A stretch of 64,000 nt of DNA. Source: Fimicolochytrium jonesii (lineage: Eukaryota). The position numbers were made by a program, and so were the translations under genes. Every line of letters begins with the position of its first letter. Position 1 is the first letter of the stretch. The DNA lies in the NCBI RefSeq assembly GCF_025526975.1, contig NW_026515671.1, positions 1,674,001 through 1,738,000 of the forward strand. Direction: 5' to 3'. Below are positions 40,403-54,383 of this stretch, one piece after another. Below the pieces are notes generated by a model. The model ran no database searches. It was given only the letters and a program-made list of their open reading frames with translations, and was not told where the DNA came from.

Positions 40403-43400
40403 TCAACCCGCCCACTTCTCATAAAACAGCATATAAACATGTCCCGCCGCATGCTCCAGCACCTCCTCCAGACTCACAACATCGACGTTGGAGTCCGATA
40501 TACGGTACCACACGTCCTCGGTCGCAACCGCTTCCTTGTCGGTCGCATCCCCGTTGGCGTCAAGAGGCACGGCGATGCGGCGGTATGCGATGAAATGGCC
40601 GGATTCGTGGGAGCCGTAGTGTAGGACGACGGAGGCGAGGCGGTACATGTGTGGGTAGGGGGGGATGAGGTCTGGGGGGATGGGGGCGTGGGTGGAGGGG
40701 GAGGTGGAGTCGGGTTCTAGGGGTGGGGTTTGGGTGTCGGGGGCGGCTGGCGGGGTTGATGGTGGTGTTGGTGTGTCGTTGGGGTGGTGGGAGACTGCTG
40801 GTGGCGATGATGCTTTTGACGTGCGGTTCGGAATTTGCGAAACTGCTGGCGGCGGCGTGCCGTTGGGTATCGACTCATCCGGAGGAAACACAAACAACGT
40901 CGGTGCAGACGACGACGCTTCCAACTTTGACGCAGCAGCTTTCACTTCCTCATCCTTCGCCCTGGCCTCCTCCACCGCCCGCTCATGGTATATCCTCGCC
41001 CTATGTATCGCCTCCCACGTCCCCCTCGACACGCCCTCTCCCGCAAAATACTGTCCAATCCGCCCGGCAGTGAGGTACGGCCCGATATCTAAAAACTCCT
41101 CAAACTCCACCCTCAGGTTATTCTTCACAATCCTGCCGGACTGCGGGTTGAACACCGACCGCTGCATGTGCAGGCAGAGACACTGCGGGGGTGCAGCGAT
41201 CTGGGTCGCTTTCAGCGAAAGGGGCGCGAGGATCTTGACGCGTTTGACGGTGGGAGGGAAGACGGCGTCGACGTCTTTGGTTTTGTAGGCTTGCCGGACA
41301 ATGTCGCGGTCGCGGGTCAAGGTGACCAGGCGCTTTGCGTGCGCTTTGAGGAGGTTGGTGCGCTGTTTGAGACCTCGGACGAGAGCCGGATCGAGTTTGG
41401 AGGGTGGGGATGAGACGCCGTTGGGGAGGGTGGCGGAGGTGACGTTTGCGGTCAGTTGCAGTTTTTCTGTCAGCTTGGCTGTTACGTTCGCTGGGAGAAA
41501 CTTTGTGTGCGTGTCTTCGTCCGACGAAGGTGTGGCCATGCCACTTGACGATGGGGATTCGCCAGGTGACGATCCATCGCTGATATCGTGTACACCGTTC
41601 GGGGTTCCCTTGCCGTTGATTCCGTTGATGCTGCCGTTGCTTCCGTTCGTCAATAGAATGTCCTTCATCTTGAGATTATCCGCCGACGTGGTCTTATAGT
41701 TTCCATGCCCATCCGCCTCACCAGCCACCTTCGGCTTCCCATTGATCCCCGCCTTCCCCGCCTTATTATTCCTCCGCTTAGCAGCCGCAGCATCCTCCGA
41801 CATCTTGGCAACGTAGTCATTATACTCCGTTTGCAGTTTGCGTGTAAGTTCGGTCAGCTCCCAGTACTCGCCCGTAATGGCGTGGTTCGTGGCGTTTAAG
41901 GAGCATTGGGCGCATACGTAATCGTGGATGCTTTCGGGGCGCATGTAGGCGCGAAGGAGGTAGTCGAGGGATACTTGCCGTACCTGAAGGACAATTGGTG
42001 AGTCACTTAGTTGAGCACTTGAGCCGTCCGCGAATGATTTCATCGGAAACCATGGCACTCACCCCAAGAGGGACGGCTAACGAAAGATTGTCAAAAACTT
42101 CATGACGCACGCCGCTCTGAGATTGCATCCCGCGATCAGTAACCTCACCCATTATGGCTCATCCCCGATTCACAAAGCATATCCCACTTACTGAATATTT
42201 ACACGTCTGACATTTAATAGCGCTTGCCATCAATCCGGTCAACGGATTCCGCATCGGCGGCGGTAAATAGTAGCTATCCAGCCGCTTGCCGGCATATATC
42301 ACGGCCTGCACGCGTTTGAGATGTTGAACGGCTTCTTGGTGTTTGGTGGGTGGATATGCTACTGATTCGAGATCAAGGAGTTGCCGGAACCCGGAGTCGT
42401 CCGGTTCTTCGTCGGTGAGGGCACCGGATACGAGTTGGAAGAGCTCGTGTGCATCCTGAAGGGGGGCAGAGGGATGTCAGCTTACAGTTGACGCTTGGTT
42501 TCTTTTACAACCTCCGGCTGGGGGGACATACCTGCTGTTCATAGCACATCAGCCTCCTATTCGAGGCATTACTGCTCGCAAGCGCATCCATGAATTCGTT
42601 CGGCCGGTATGATCTCCTATGCTTCGTCAGTTGATTTATGCCTGCGCATGGGCGAACTCGTCGTCAGTATACCAAACCAGAGACGCACTTTCCACACTCC
42701 AACAAGTAGCTCACCTGAAGCTAATTGGTATAGAGCATGATTCATGGGAATCTTGCCTTTCTGTTCGCTTGCGGGAAACACCTTGATCTGCGCGTGGTAT
42801 TTAGACCGCTCCAAGACGTATGTGCAAAGTGAGGGTAGGGATGCCATTGACTACACCGCAAAGAACAGAATCTTGAGTACACTTGATTCGTATTTACGGA
42901 AAGGCTCGAATAGATACACACCTGAAGCACGGAGTTCATAAAGCATGTGTTGCCAAGATTGGTCAGCCCTCCTGGGTATACAACTATGGAAGCGAAAACG
43001 TCAAGCATGAGTTCTCTGAACTTTGCGAGCCCGGAAATACCAGCTTCCACTATGGCCGTCGGGCAGCTGTGATGGTCCCTCGCATCACATCCATGCAAGC
43101 ACGCCAAGTCTCACCTTGCCCTCGACTCCACCACCCTTTCGCCTTGCCCTCCGCACCACCTCCATCCTGCTTCACCGAACTCTTCCTCCTCGCCGCCGCC
43201 GTCAAACTCCCCTTCCGCGTCCCATTCACAACAACAGCGTTTCCCTCATCCTCCTCCAGTTCAACCTCCTCATCTTCACCCCCCTCGTCCCTCCCCACCG
43301 CCCCGCCAACCCTCCCAACAAACGTCACCAGTTTCCACATCCCCCAAACGCCCGCAACAGCCAACACTGCCGTCGGCGCATTCAAGATGAGGAATCGCCG

Positions 43401-43541
43401 CGCGGAATGCACCCCAGGGTATCGGTCAATCAGCCCCATGACGGCGGTCGCAGGGTCTGAGAAGGGGAGGAACAGGAGTTGCAGGTAGTCGAATAGTTGA
43501 GTTAGAATGGTGTGGGGCGTGGGTGGGAGGTCCGGGAGCAT
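40403..43541 (-). CDS. Ubiquitin-specific protease (USP30/Ubp16/Ubp1-like) with N-terminal membrane anchor, multi-exon
   Basis: Cys box GLTNLGNTCFMNSVLQ, QQ|DAHELFQL, His box VVLHYGSHESGHFIAYR, WYRISD, YMLFYE. Confidence 0.92.
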
Positions 43542-44250
43542 TTTCTGACCCTACTACGATTCTTGTGTCGTAGGGCTTTTTGGGATATGTACTGTAGACA
43601 CTAAGTCAAATACTACAATACAGAGGAGCGGGCTAAAACAGGAGAATGGGCTTAGCCGGTGGGGTGGGGAGAGGGGTCAGTCCTAGCCAGAGAGCGGTGC
43701 GGCGCCATTCGACAGTGACATGTGTAAGGTTTGAGCTTGCATTGGAGGCCTGGCGAGGTTGGGCTTGGGGCTGGGCTTGGGGCTTTCCGCGCTCTTCTGG
43801 GAACAAGGGTTGTTGTTTCCCACCATCGCGTAATCGTCACATTCCACTCCGGACCAAAGACGACGGCGACCAAAAAGCTTATATTGCATAGACATAGACA
43901 CACTATACATAGGTAAACTACAAGCTCACAACCAGAAATGGGCCCTAAAAGGAACTCACGATGATAGAGAGGGATATATATACTAGCGAGTCCTGGTGGG
44001 GAATCGATATAGGCTATGGAAACGAATAACAATAAACCAAATTGTGCTGGATTATGGTAGGAAGAGGGCCGGACTTTAGATTTCGAGTACTAATGCGTAG
44101 GCTGGTATGGAGAGAGAGTGGTGACAGGATCGGTGGATTTTTGGAAACAGGATGTTTCTGTGAGGTGCGGCAGGTCGAAAGGTCGATTTGCGAGAAGATC
44201 GGAGTTGAGTTGAGACGTGTTGCGGCCCAGTCTCGACGACGTTGACGATC

Positions 44251-46093
44251 TCACTCCGAGGCCTCCGAGCCCTCCGACGTCTCACCATCACCCGACGGCC
44301 TCGAATTGACATCCGGACGGCTTCCTTCGGACTTTATCGCCTTCCCGTTGTTGCGTAGCGTTATCGACGTGGTCTTTGCCGAAGGCACCGGTGTGCTGCT
44401 TGTCGACTTCGGGTTGTCACTGCTGCTGCCTTGGTTCGACTTGTTGGTGTTCCGAACGTGTTTCTTTTTGGACCGTGGCACGGGAGATGGTTCGTGGGGC
44501 TGCTGGGTGCTAGTGAAAGCTTCCGGCATTGGGGGGGTGCGCACGTTGTCCAGCAATGGCGGTGAGTGGTTGGTGGTCGATATCGCACTGCCACGACGGC
44601 CGCCCGCAGGTAGCCGACCGCTCATCTGACCGTTCACCAGATGTCTCCGCATATGCTGGATGGTCGAAGATGTTTGGAAATACAAGGAATTAGATTGTCT
44701 GCCAACGTGAAGAGCTCAAAAGGACACCAAGACACGGAGCTCACCTCTCTCAAATTATCAGCTCGAGTAAACTTCCGGTCGCAGTCGGGAAACTCACAGG
44801 CGTGAGGTCGATCGTCAGTGTGCCCGCGTGCGTGTCGACTCAAATGGCCCGTGGTGGAGAAGGTCTTGCCGCAAATCCTGCTGCCTGCGACTGGATATTC
44901 GCAGATGAGGCGAGGTTTTGCACTGCCTCCTGGTGTTGTCGCGCTTGATGGCGTACGCTTGACGGGTTTTTTCCTGACTTGCATGGTGCGACTGGGGATC
45001 ACTATGGACAATGCAGCAGGTGGCGGCTTTTGCGACGGGAAGGTAGGCGGCTTGGGAAGTGGGGTCGGGGTGGGGTCCGGAACTTCCGAGCTGGTTTCGA
45101 AGAATTGGACTATCCGTCAGCTTGATACACCGCTGAATTTCAGAGAAACCACGAGACTTACATTGTTGCCTTCGGCTCCAGATCAGGTCGCCAAGCGGCC
45201 GCACTCACCCTCTTAGCAGTGGCGGCCATAAGATTCAATGTGTCAGCCCTGATTTGCAGTCTGTGTTGGATTTCGCTATCAGGCATATGCTTTTTGTCGA
45301 TGGTGATTTGCGGTTCTTCCGGCATCGGGTAATTGGCAGGCTCAGTTGACTCATACGCTGATCCATTGGAGTTAAAGCGATGAAGATGTTGAAGCGGGAC
45401 AGGGACCTTAGGATGCAGCCACTGCGGTGAAATATAGCTAGAAACCCACGGCGAGTCCAATGTGGTTTCTTGGGACAGCTCGCCATCGTACTCATTTGCG
45501 GACCACGTGTGGCTGGAAGTCGGCGAGATGGAGGCTTGCGCATATGGACGGTGATCGCGGTACGATACATCGGCAAGCTGAGGAGAGCTCTCGGATCTAC
45601 GGAACACCGCAACTTGATCGAAGTATCCAGCTTGCGGGCTGGTATACAATGCCGAATATGTCGGAAGCTGAGAATAAGATATGGGTCGGTTTACGCCGCC
45701 CAGACCGTCCGGGCTGCCATTTGCTATCGTGCCGCCGGACACGTCATATCGAGGATACTGCGAAGGTGGAGAATAGTCCTGCCCCTGGGCTGTGTAGTAC
45801 GACGACTGCTTGAACATGCTGGCGTGATCTTCGGTTCCCGGAGGCACAGTGCCTGCTTGCGAGTCTTGACCGCAGGTGGAGTGATCTTTCACATCCTCTT
45901 CTGTGCCCCCATCTGCTCGACATCCCGCGTACGAATAGTAGTGGTGATGATGGATCTCGTAAAACTGATGATGATGGGTGTCAAACGGACCATCCTCATG
46001 GGCTTTGGCCGAGGCGTTGGGAGTATCGGGCAGGAGATTGCAGGAGTAGTTCGCCGATAGAGTGTCGTACGGCTCATAAGCCCAACTGCTCAT
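44251..46093 (-). CDS. C2H2 zinc-finger transcription factor (Nrg1-like two-finger pair), multi-exon; start uncertain
   Basis: CEYPVAGSRICGKTFSTTGHLSRHARGHTDDRPHACEFPDCDRKFTRADNLRE|HMRRH after a long S/P/Y-rich N-terminus. Confidence 0.85.
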
Positions 46094-49000
46094 GCTGGGA
46101 ATGCTGGGAAGTCTGGGAAGAGATAGAACCGTGTGAGGGCCGGTAATCAAGCCGATCGTTGAGGATACGCCAAGCTCAGGGAGCTTTTGCAGCTACGAGC
46201 TCACGAAATCACGAAGCTTACATGGGCGGTTCCTCGGCATCCTTGGGCATGCTGCTATGATAGGACGTGTGACTCTCAGGTATATCTGGCCCATAGTCGA
46301 TACCGCTAGCATTTTCTTGGTTATGCGCCGTCGGCATCGAAGAGCTTCGGTCGAAACAAGGGTGAGAAGGCAGAGGGCACCATTGAGGTTGAGCGTTCCT
46401 GGCCAGCTTCAGTAAATTGTCGCTGGAAATGCACTGGTGCGACGGCCGTTGCTGTAGGGCAGACACTGGGCGGCAAGGAAGACGAAGAGCTTTAGCCTGA
46501 GAAAGGGCGTTCCCAGACAGAGCCGGTCCCCGCTCGAGCCAGATATGACGAAGATCACCAAACCTACTTGCAGGCCGATTTCCCACGGGGAGTCTTGGTC
46601 TTGTGGCGATGAACTTCAAAGCACAATTCCCGCAAAGCACCTCCTGGGTTGCTGGTCCGGGGCAGAGGCTTGCTTTCAGAGCAGAGGCGGGTCGGAGCGA
46701 TCGTCGTCGGGTAGTAGACATGTCGTGGGAAAAGTGTGAAGAGAGAGAAGAACGGAGTCAGTGCTGGCGCCGATTTTCCCACGGACTTCGACGAAGAAAC
46801 AGTGCGAGAACAGGGCGTGGGAAAATCGTCGTTTTCGCCTGGGATATCGACGACGGACGTAAGCGTACGTACCTGGGATGAGCGGAATGAAAGAAGGGCA
46901 AAACGGGTTCAGCTTGCGATATGCGGTGAGGGCAACTCTCAGCCGACGACGAAGGGCAACGAAGGGCAACGAAGGGGTTCAACCTGCGATAATATGGGAT
47001 GTGGAAAGAGTTTGAGATGCGGAGTTTGCAGAAGGGGAAAGGGTCAGTTCGTGGGAACACAAGTACCACCAGCATCAGAGACAAAAGTGAGTGCGGCGAA
47101 AGTTCTCACGCGTTCAAATCAAGGAAGTGTGCACAGACACACAGCCAAAGGGGAGTGAATCAAAGATTCGATTTGCAATCGTTTTCGGTCCATCGCTTAA
47201 CATTTGGCGAACCGAAAGAAGATGGGGATGGGAGCACAAGAAGATCACTTTGCCCGTTTTCAGTCGGGCGCGAACTATGGCGGATACAATCCAGGGTTCC
47301 GTCTTATTTGGAGGGTGTCCTCTCTGCACTGACCGATTTAAGGTTTCTGCTCGGATACGATTCAATGCCAGGCACTTGTCTGTCGTGGTTCGCTGTGGGT
47401 CTGCTATCGGATCCTATCCTAGAACAAGCCTGCGAGAGTTCTTTTTGGTCTTCCCACGCTGGATTCTATGTATACATCAACCGCCGGAAGGAAATCCCAG
47501 TCGGTCTTCAAGTAGGTTGTGAAGCGATGCTTTCTCACTGCAGGCCGACATTATTGGGCAAGGACCGGGTTGTGAGTCTTGAAGCGATTCTTTCTCCCAG
47601 CGTGTTGAAAAGTTGCTGGAAGGCACGAAAAACACATACGTAGCTCTTGTCATCTTACGCGTTGCATGGCGTTTCCCCCATTTCGAACCAGAGGTTTTAC
47701 GAATCCTGGTCTTGGGACTCCCCCGTTCCGCAGTTCCTGAGCGATGTCCAAGGTCTTACTCTTGCCCGCCTCTGAATCTCGGGTTAAAGCCGGCCCGTCA
47801 ATCACGCCAGAACGGGGGGGAAATTTTCGGCAGGAAGGCACGGGGATGGAGTGATTGATCTAGTCTTTGGCCCCCGCTGACGACACTGTCTGAAGGTCTT
47901 CTTGAAGCGATCCTGGACTCTCTCAAGGTTCTTACAGCGTCACAGCGCTTTCTGGCAAGTCCGGCGACCACACTCTTGACGCGCCATCTTGACGGGCGGG
48001 GGCTTCAATGACCAAGCCCAGATATCCGCAGTCCAGAGATCCCAAGCGCATGTGAGGGGCATTCCTAATGCGATCCTGGATTTTGGGCAAATGCTTCTTA
48101 ATGCGCCATTCCTATCGGAGGGAATGCTTTCCGTGGACGTGCCCAGATCGCCGGAAACTGGCCCCATGTCCTTTATTGTGGCAGGGTGTGAATCCACACT
48201 CCAGGATTTCACTTATGCAACGTGCGGCCAACGCAGAGACCAGGAATTTAGATGGACAAAAGCGAGCAGCAGAATCTTTAATTGGCGAAGGAGATCTCAG
48301 ATCGAGATTAGGGCATGTTGTTAGAGCAGATCAAGCTTTGGATAGGGACGAGCCATATGGACGTGGAAGCTTGACAAGACAGAATCCAGATGTCTCTCAT
48401 TGCGTACGGTTTCTACGATAGTGGTTGGGAGGAAGACGTACGCACAAGTAAGAAAGCATGGCGTATTCGTATGCGAACGCTGGCGTAATGGTCGCAGCTG
48501 TGGAGGTTGTCTGCCAGCATTTCGAATGATGTCAAAGGGTGTCAACCCCTGTCATATGCTGTCAGTCCGCCGCTGTCAAAGCGAAAGGCTGCGCGCGAAT
48601 CTGAGAGACAGATGGAGCAGCCAATTACTCCAAGACCACCGGTCCAACTGGCCAGACCTTTCCTGCGGTGTGCATGTATGACTGCGTAGACAAGAACATC
48701 GGTCTTTTCAAGATCGGTTAAGGTTATGGTTTTGACAATGCCTCGAAATGTCATCGAGACGACTCGACCGCCGAGCAAATTCGCTTCCGGCATGAGTTCA
48801 TTTCTGGTCCTGGTTCATATCCTGCATCTCTACGAAACGATTGAGGATACGGGAAGTAAGATCGGTGGGATCTGGACGAGAGTGCCGGCTCCGTGTTGCT
48901 TCGCCGTTCTCTGATCCAGCACCGAAATTCCTTACCATGTTCTTGTCATGCCATGTGCATACACACATACTGTCACACAGCTCGTGCTCTCTAAACGAAG

Positions 49001-50435
49001 AGACTTTGACGCTATCCGTAAATCCGAACGAGAAACACCGTCCTAAAACCCTAACCCCTCCTAAGTTCTAAAGAGAAATGGAAATCGAATCTTGTGGTTT
49101 GAATCTAGTAGGATCATCCCTCCCAAGCCCTTATGTGTCTGACGTCACGCGCCCTTAATTATTTGTGATTAGCAGTGCGTTTCCTGCGCACAGTTAGTTC
49201 CACCGTTCCATCTCCCGTTTTTCTGGGAGGTCAGGATGTCCCCGTCGTCTGCCTACTGTACGTACCGTCCATGGAGATGGTGGGAAGTGCTCGCCGCATC
49301 GCTGGTAAAAAAAATGCGGTTCAAACTGCATACGGACGGCGGTGTATAAGCGGTGCTTTGTGCGCATCAGACTCTTCCTCCATCTCAACCAGGGAACATA
49401 AAGCTGTGCCCCACCCTTGAATGAATCAGCGACTGCCGCAACGCCAAAATTTACTTGAGCGACCGACATGAAGTCACTGCGATGGTACAGTATATCCCAA
49501 ACTCTCCATACAATGGGTCTCGGGCAATCTCCCGCTGCGAGCAATCGGCGAGCGAGCGGCATCCCTGCAATATGGGGCAGTAGATCGGGCTGTATGGCCG
49601 GATTTACACGCATATCTCTTCCCAGCTTCGCAATGAGCAACGTTTGTAAGCTGTGATGAATGTGAGCCATAGTCACGGCGGATGTTTCCCCCTTGGCTCG
49701 GTTCGTTGACCCCTGTCTCCTGGAAGGAAGGGAAAACGCGTGGTCCCGTTGAGGGCATGCATGCCTCTTGGAGGTGCGACGCGATCAAAGCGATGATATA
49801 AACCCTCTACGCATCGCCGCGCGTGCGCTTTCCCGTTGCCTTTTTTCCATTTTTTTCTTCGCCTTCCTTCATCGGTGAGGGACAAGACGAACCTCTTGCG
49901 TGCTCTGTCTGGCCCAACTTCCTGTCTGTGTTTGTACGCTCAAGCCGAACAGCGACCCATTTCCCTGCGTGCATTCGAATCCCTTATCTTATTCGTAGCT
50001 GACTTGTTCGCGACACGCGTTTGGCTGGGGAGCAAGCGAACCTACGAAAGGAAAGCAGCAAAGCGCGTACAAAACCCTACTCTCTTTCATTATTCCCTAC
50101 GATTAGCGTGCAACATCCTACGCACCCCACGCCCCTCTTCGGGCCCGCCGCCACACCTCGTAACTTGAACTCCGCTTCGCACTCTACCCTCGTAGCACGT
50201 AGCACGGACACGCTGTTAAAGTCTCCCACCAGCCAGATCGCACGCGTTGGTGGCCACCACCGTCGACGGCAAGTTCGACACGGCGTCGTCGGATCCACAG
50301 CTCCGTCCCACATCCACCGTCTCCGTCTCACTTCTGCTCAAGTGATCTGCTCAAAGCACTCGTCGCCGTCGTCTTCGAGACGGACCGAATAGCTTCTCAC
50401 GGGCACTTCCACACCCGCCTCCTAACGCGTGAAGG

Positions 50436-53400
50436 ATGCTCGGCGGCACCCACGAGCTTCGTCCTGACGCGTCGCCTGCGTCGGGAGCCCGACAAGCCAA
50501 CGTCGCCATAGATGACGCTCGGGACGCTCATGTTCCGAACCTAGTAGTGACGCCCGTCGCCGGTGCCACAATCAACAATGATAATGAAGCGAATGGTTCC
50601 AACTGCAACACGCCCGAAGCGAAGCGACACAAGAACGCGGTCGGATCTAGGACCCCGCAACATCGCAATCTTCGGTCGGCTAGCAGGGCTGGTGGCTCCA
50701 CTAGAATGGCGAGAAACACCGACACGGCCGCTGGCGATCGTGCTGGTGCCTCGTCGCAGCAACTAAGTGATTTACAAGGTGGTATTATTACAAGACTCAG
50801 GGAGCAACAACTATGCGAACAGAACGTCCCGCAGGCTAGGGCTGATCCTACTTCGGTATCCGGATCAGCTGATATGCGACTTCGGAAAGTCGTTTCCAAT
50901 GAGCTCGCTACTCAAAGCGGTAGTACTAAGAAGTCAAGGTAAGTTGAGCGTCGTCCTTATATCTGTACCTGGTCACATCTCATAATATTCTTTCCCATCA
51001 CCAATATTGGTAGAATCCCTCATCTGCGATCAGATGTATTGCTCACACCGTCCAAAGCAAGCTCTGCTTGGGCGGCCATTCCGCTGGACTCTCCAGCGAG
51101 TAACACTAGATCAAAGTAAGTTTCTCGCCTCAAAGCGCGCCGACATGGGGACAGCTTCATCAAAACGAAACTTTCACTGACTATATCCTTCATGCTCGCT
51201 AACTACAGGAGCTGCCTGCAAACCAAAAACATCCATGACCTACTTCTAGAAAAGACCAGCCCAGGCCTCATCGCTGCGGGGGCGAGCAGCTCACAAGATA
51301 TTGATGACCCTGAAGCGGACGTCTGCCCAGACTCGCCTTCGTATCGTCGATCAAGCAGCAAAGGGAAAGGAAAAGCACCAATGTACGGCTCCTCGGCGAA
51401 AACCTCGCCGGTATCAAGGATCCCCTCTCGACCAGCTTCGCGCTCCAACAGTAACCTCGGTTCTCCTCGTCTTTCGCGATCGTCGTCCACCATCTCGTTC
51501 CAGGCGATCGATCACAACAATCTGTTCGATGACAGCCTTCCGACCCCTCAGGCGCCAGGTCCGGATATGGATGCAGATGACTTCATCAGTCAGATTGCTC
51601 CTGCCGCTGAGCCTGACACGCCCAATCGTTCGACATTTTCGGCGCCTTCTGATCCTAGCGATATCAGCCCTTTTGCCGTCACGGAAGATACACCGCGAAC
51701 AGCCAAGCTTTGCTCGGCGCTCAGCGATTTCGGCTTTGGCGCGGCCCCGACTCCTTCGCATCGTCCTCACGGTCTCTTGCGCAATGCCACTATGCCACAA
51801 GGCAGCAGCAGCCACAGCATGAAGAACAGGATGGTCGCTTCGTCTCCCATGAACCTGGGCTCCCCGAGTCGTTCATCCACAGGGCTATCCCCGCAACAGT
51901 TCTACGGCGAGCAGCCTCGAAGCGGTGGTAGTCGGGCCGCAAGCTCACCGCGCGCCTCACCCGTCGTTGACCCCGAGCTGAACCCATTCATGGGATCCAG
52001 CATGCAAGTACCCAGGATCCCTGCAACCCCTGCAACCCCTCGCGTCTCGAGTTCTCGTGTGCCTCCACCCGGCATCCTTGCTGCGGGAGAGGGCGCTTCG
52101 TCGAGATCGCTCATGTCTCGAATGTCAGCTACCCCTTCCGCGCTTCTTAGCCCGTTCGGCAACATGGGGCTCCGCAGCGCTATCGCAAGTCGCGGACCAC
52201 ATGATGGAGAATACCTTCGCAGCAGGGATGTCGATCAGACCCCGTCCAAGCAGCGTCAGCCGGAAATGGATGAAGCTAGCCCGTTCTTAGCTGGTCCGTC
52301 GTCCCCATCTTCCCCATCGCGTCGACGAAACCTTAGCTGTGGCCCGTCCGCACTTCGGCCGCCTATTCCAGGGTCGCCGTCACCGATGTCGTCCGGCAGG
52401 CCAAAGTCCGTCAGCCGTCGCCTCTTTCCTGCGCCTGAACACGATGACCGCCGATTCAAGCACCGTGCTCACTCCCTACCTCATCGCGGGGCTTCAAGCA
52501 ACTTGGCAGGTCCGTCCCAGCTCCCTGACGACGGTCACATGCAAATTGATGCACGCACGCCGTCACGAGCCGGCACAGACATTGCACGACGACGCCCCGG
52601 TGTCGACATATACGGCCCAGCTCCTCCAAAACCTAACTTCTTCGGGGCAGACGGGCCCAGTTCATCGACGATGACCAGCGCTCTACCGCCGCGAACACCA
52701 AGGAGGCCCAATGGCAACAGTCTACGCCACGACGTTCTTCTTCGAAGCGCAAGCAAGAGTGCAAGGAAAGGCCCTTTTCCGAATGATTGCAACCCATTCC
52801 TCGCCGCGGCTAGTGGTTCAAGTCAGTTCCCATCGACGCCTTCTCGCCCTGGCCCACAGCGAGAAAGTTCTAGCGGTGCCGGTCTATCTACTTCTACCCG
52901 CCCAACACCTAGGAATAATGAGCCTTCTCGAACACCGCCAGACCAACAGGAATCGCCGTACGCACACCGTGTCCCGCCCACACCTCGTACCGACCGCAAG
53001 CGCAAAATATCAACAGAAAAATCCCCTACGCCTCGCAAACAAACCCCGCAAGGCCGGCTAAGCTATGGTGCCCCACCTTCCAGGCCAGACTTCTCAGGCT
53101 CATCGACGCATTCATCGGCGCGGAAGCGTCAGCGAGTGGACCCGGCCGAGGAACTGAAGTTGAACGGCTCGGCGTCCATCGCCGCCGACTACAGGCGGTA
53201 CGACGAGTTGCCTGCTCGTCTCGACTTTGACATCCCTGACGATTCCGATGAGGAGTCCGACTCAGACAAAGACTCTGATGATGGCGATTCCGACTCTGAT
53301 GAATGTACTCACGCTCATCGCACATACAAGAAAGGCGATGATGATCAAGGCAATGGTGGAGGCACATCTTCGTCATCCGCTGGTAGCAGCTCGAGCTCTT

Positions 53401-54383
53401 CCGGCTTCGGCGAGGGCGGCTCGACTTACTCCTCAGCTGGCAAATCAAGCGGGTCAGGCGAGGGAGCCTCCCACTCTGCCCAAGGCATTCCTGGCACCGC
53501 CTACGCCGGTCAAGTGACAGTGTACTCAACTACGGTCACCATCCAGCAAACCACAGTCGTAATCGCCCCACTGTCGCCCTTCGCAGATGACAAGGAGAAC
53601 CCAAAGAGAGGCGATCCGACTTATAAGGAGTACACCCGAGGGGTGGTCTTTGAAGCCAACTCAGTTGACGACAAGCTCGCTGGGTCAGGCTGCTACTGCC
53701 GTCAGTGGCGCAAGAAAACCGACCAGCCGCGCAAAATTCTCGGGGAACTCGAAGAAAACATGTTCGAGTGGGTTGACTGCGGACCGTGCGTGAAGAACTT
53801 CAGCCCCATCAAGAAGGAGATTGGCACCGGCAAGAAATCTACGCACGAGGATATCAAGTGTATGCCATCATCTACCGACGGCAAAGCTCTGTCCTCTCGA
53901 CGCCTATCTATCCCTCCGGCGTTCGGAAGCAGCTCGCCGCGGTTCCCAGACTCGCCGGTCAAGACGTCGTACGACATGAAAGTACATGCTCCGAGTGATC
54001 CTTCGCCGTTGCGATGGATGTCAACGGCCACGTACCAGACATCTCCTACGCGCAGCCCGAACATGAACCGCCCCTTCTCGTCTCCCGCACGTATCCAAAA
54101 CCCCGACCGCAAATTCTCCTTGTCCTCGTCGGCCGGAAGCAAGCACGCCCGATCCCCCGGCGCGATTTCCCCCACACCGGTCCGTCCACCCGTCTCGCAA
54201 CGCCGACCGTCCACCTCCTCAACCACGTCAGGCAGCACCTATTCCTCAAGCAGCAGCGGGTCCCCGACCAAAAGCCCCGTTGCGAAACGCCGCAAGGACG
54301 AGAGGATGACCGCCAACACCTCCATGCTGCACCGGACGCTGTATGGCAAGCATGTCTCGCCTGCACCCGCCTGGCGCCCTTGA
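50436..54383 (+). CDS. Long intrinsically disordered Ser/Pro-rich protein (~1260 aa), 3 exons
   Basis: In-phase introns at 50939-51013 and ~51116-51208 join the 168-aa ORF to the 1063-aa ORF; no globular domain recognised. Confidence 0.75.

Noticed and set aside
46300..50400. Genes in the 4-kb divergent spacer
   Set aside because: Only short ORFs with no recognisable motifs or consistent splice pattern; probably regulatory or UTR sequence.
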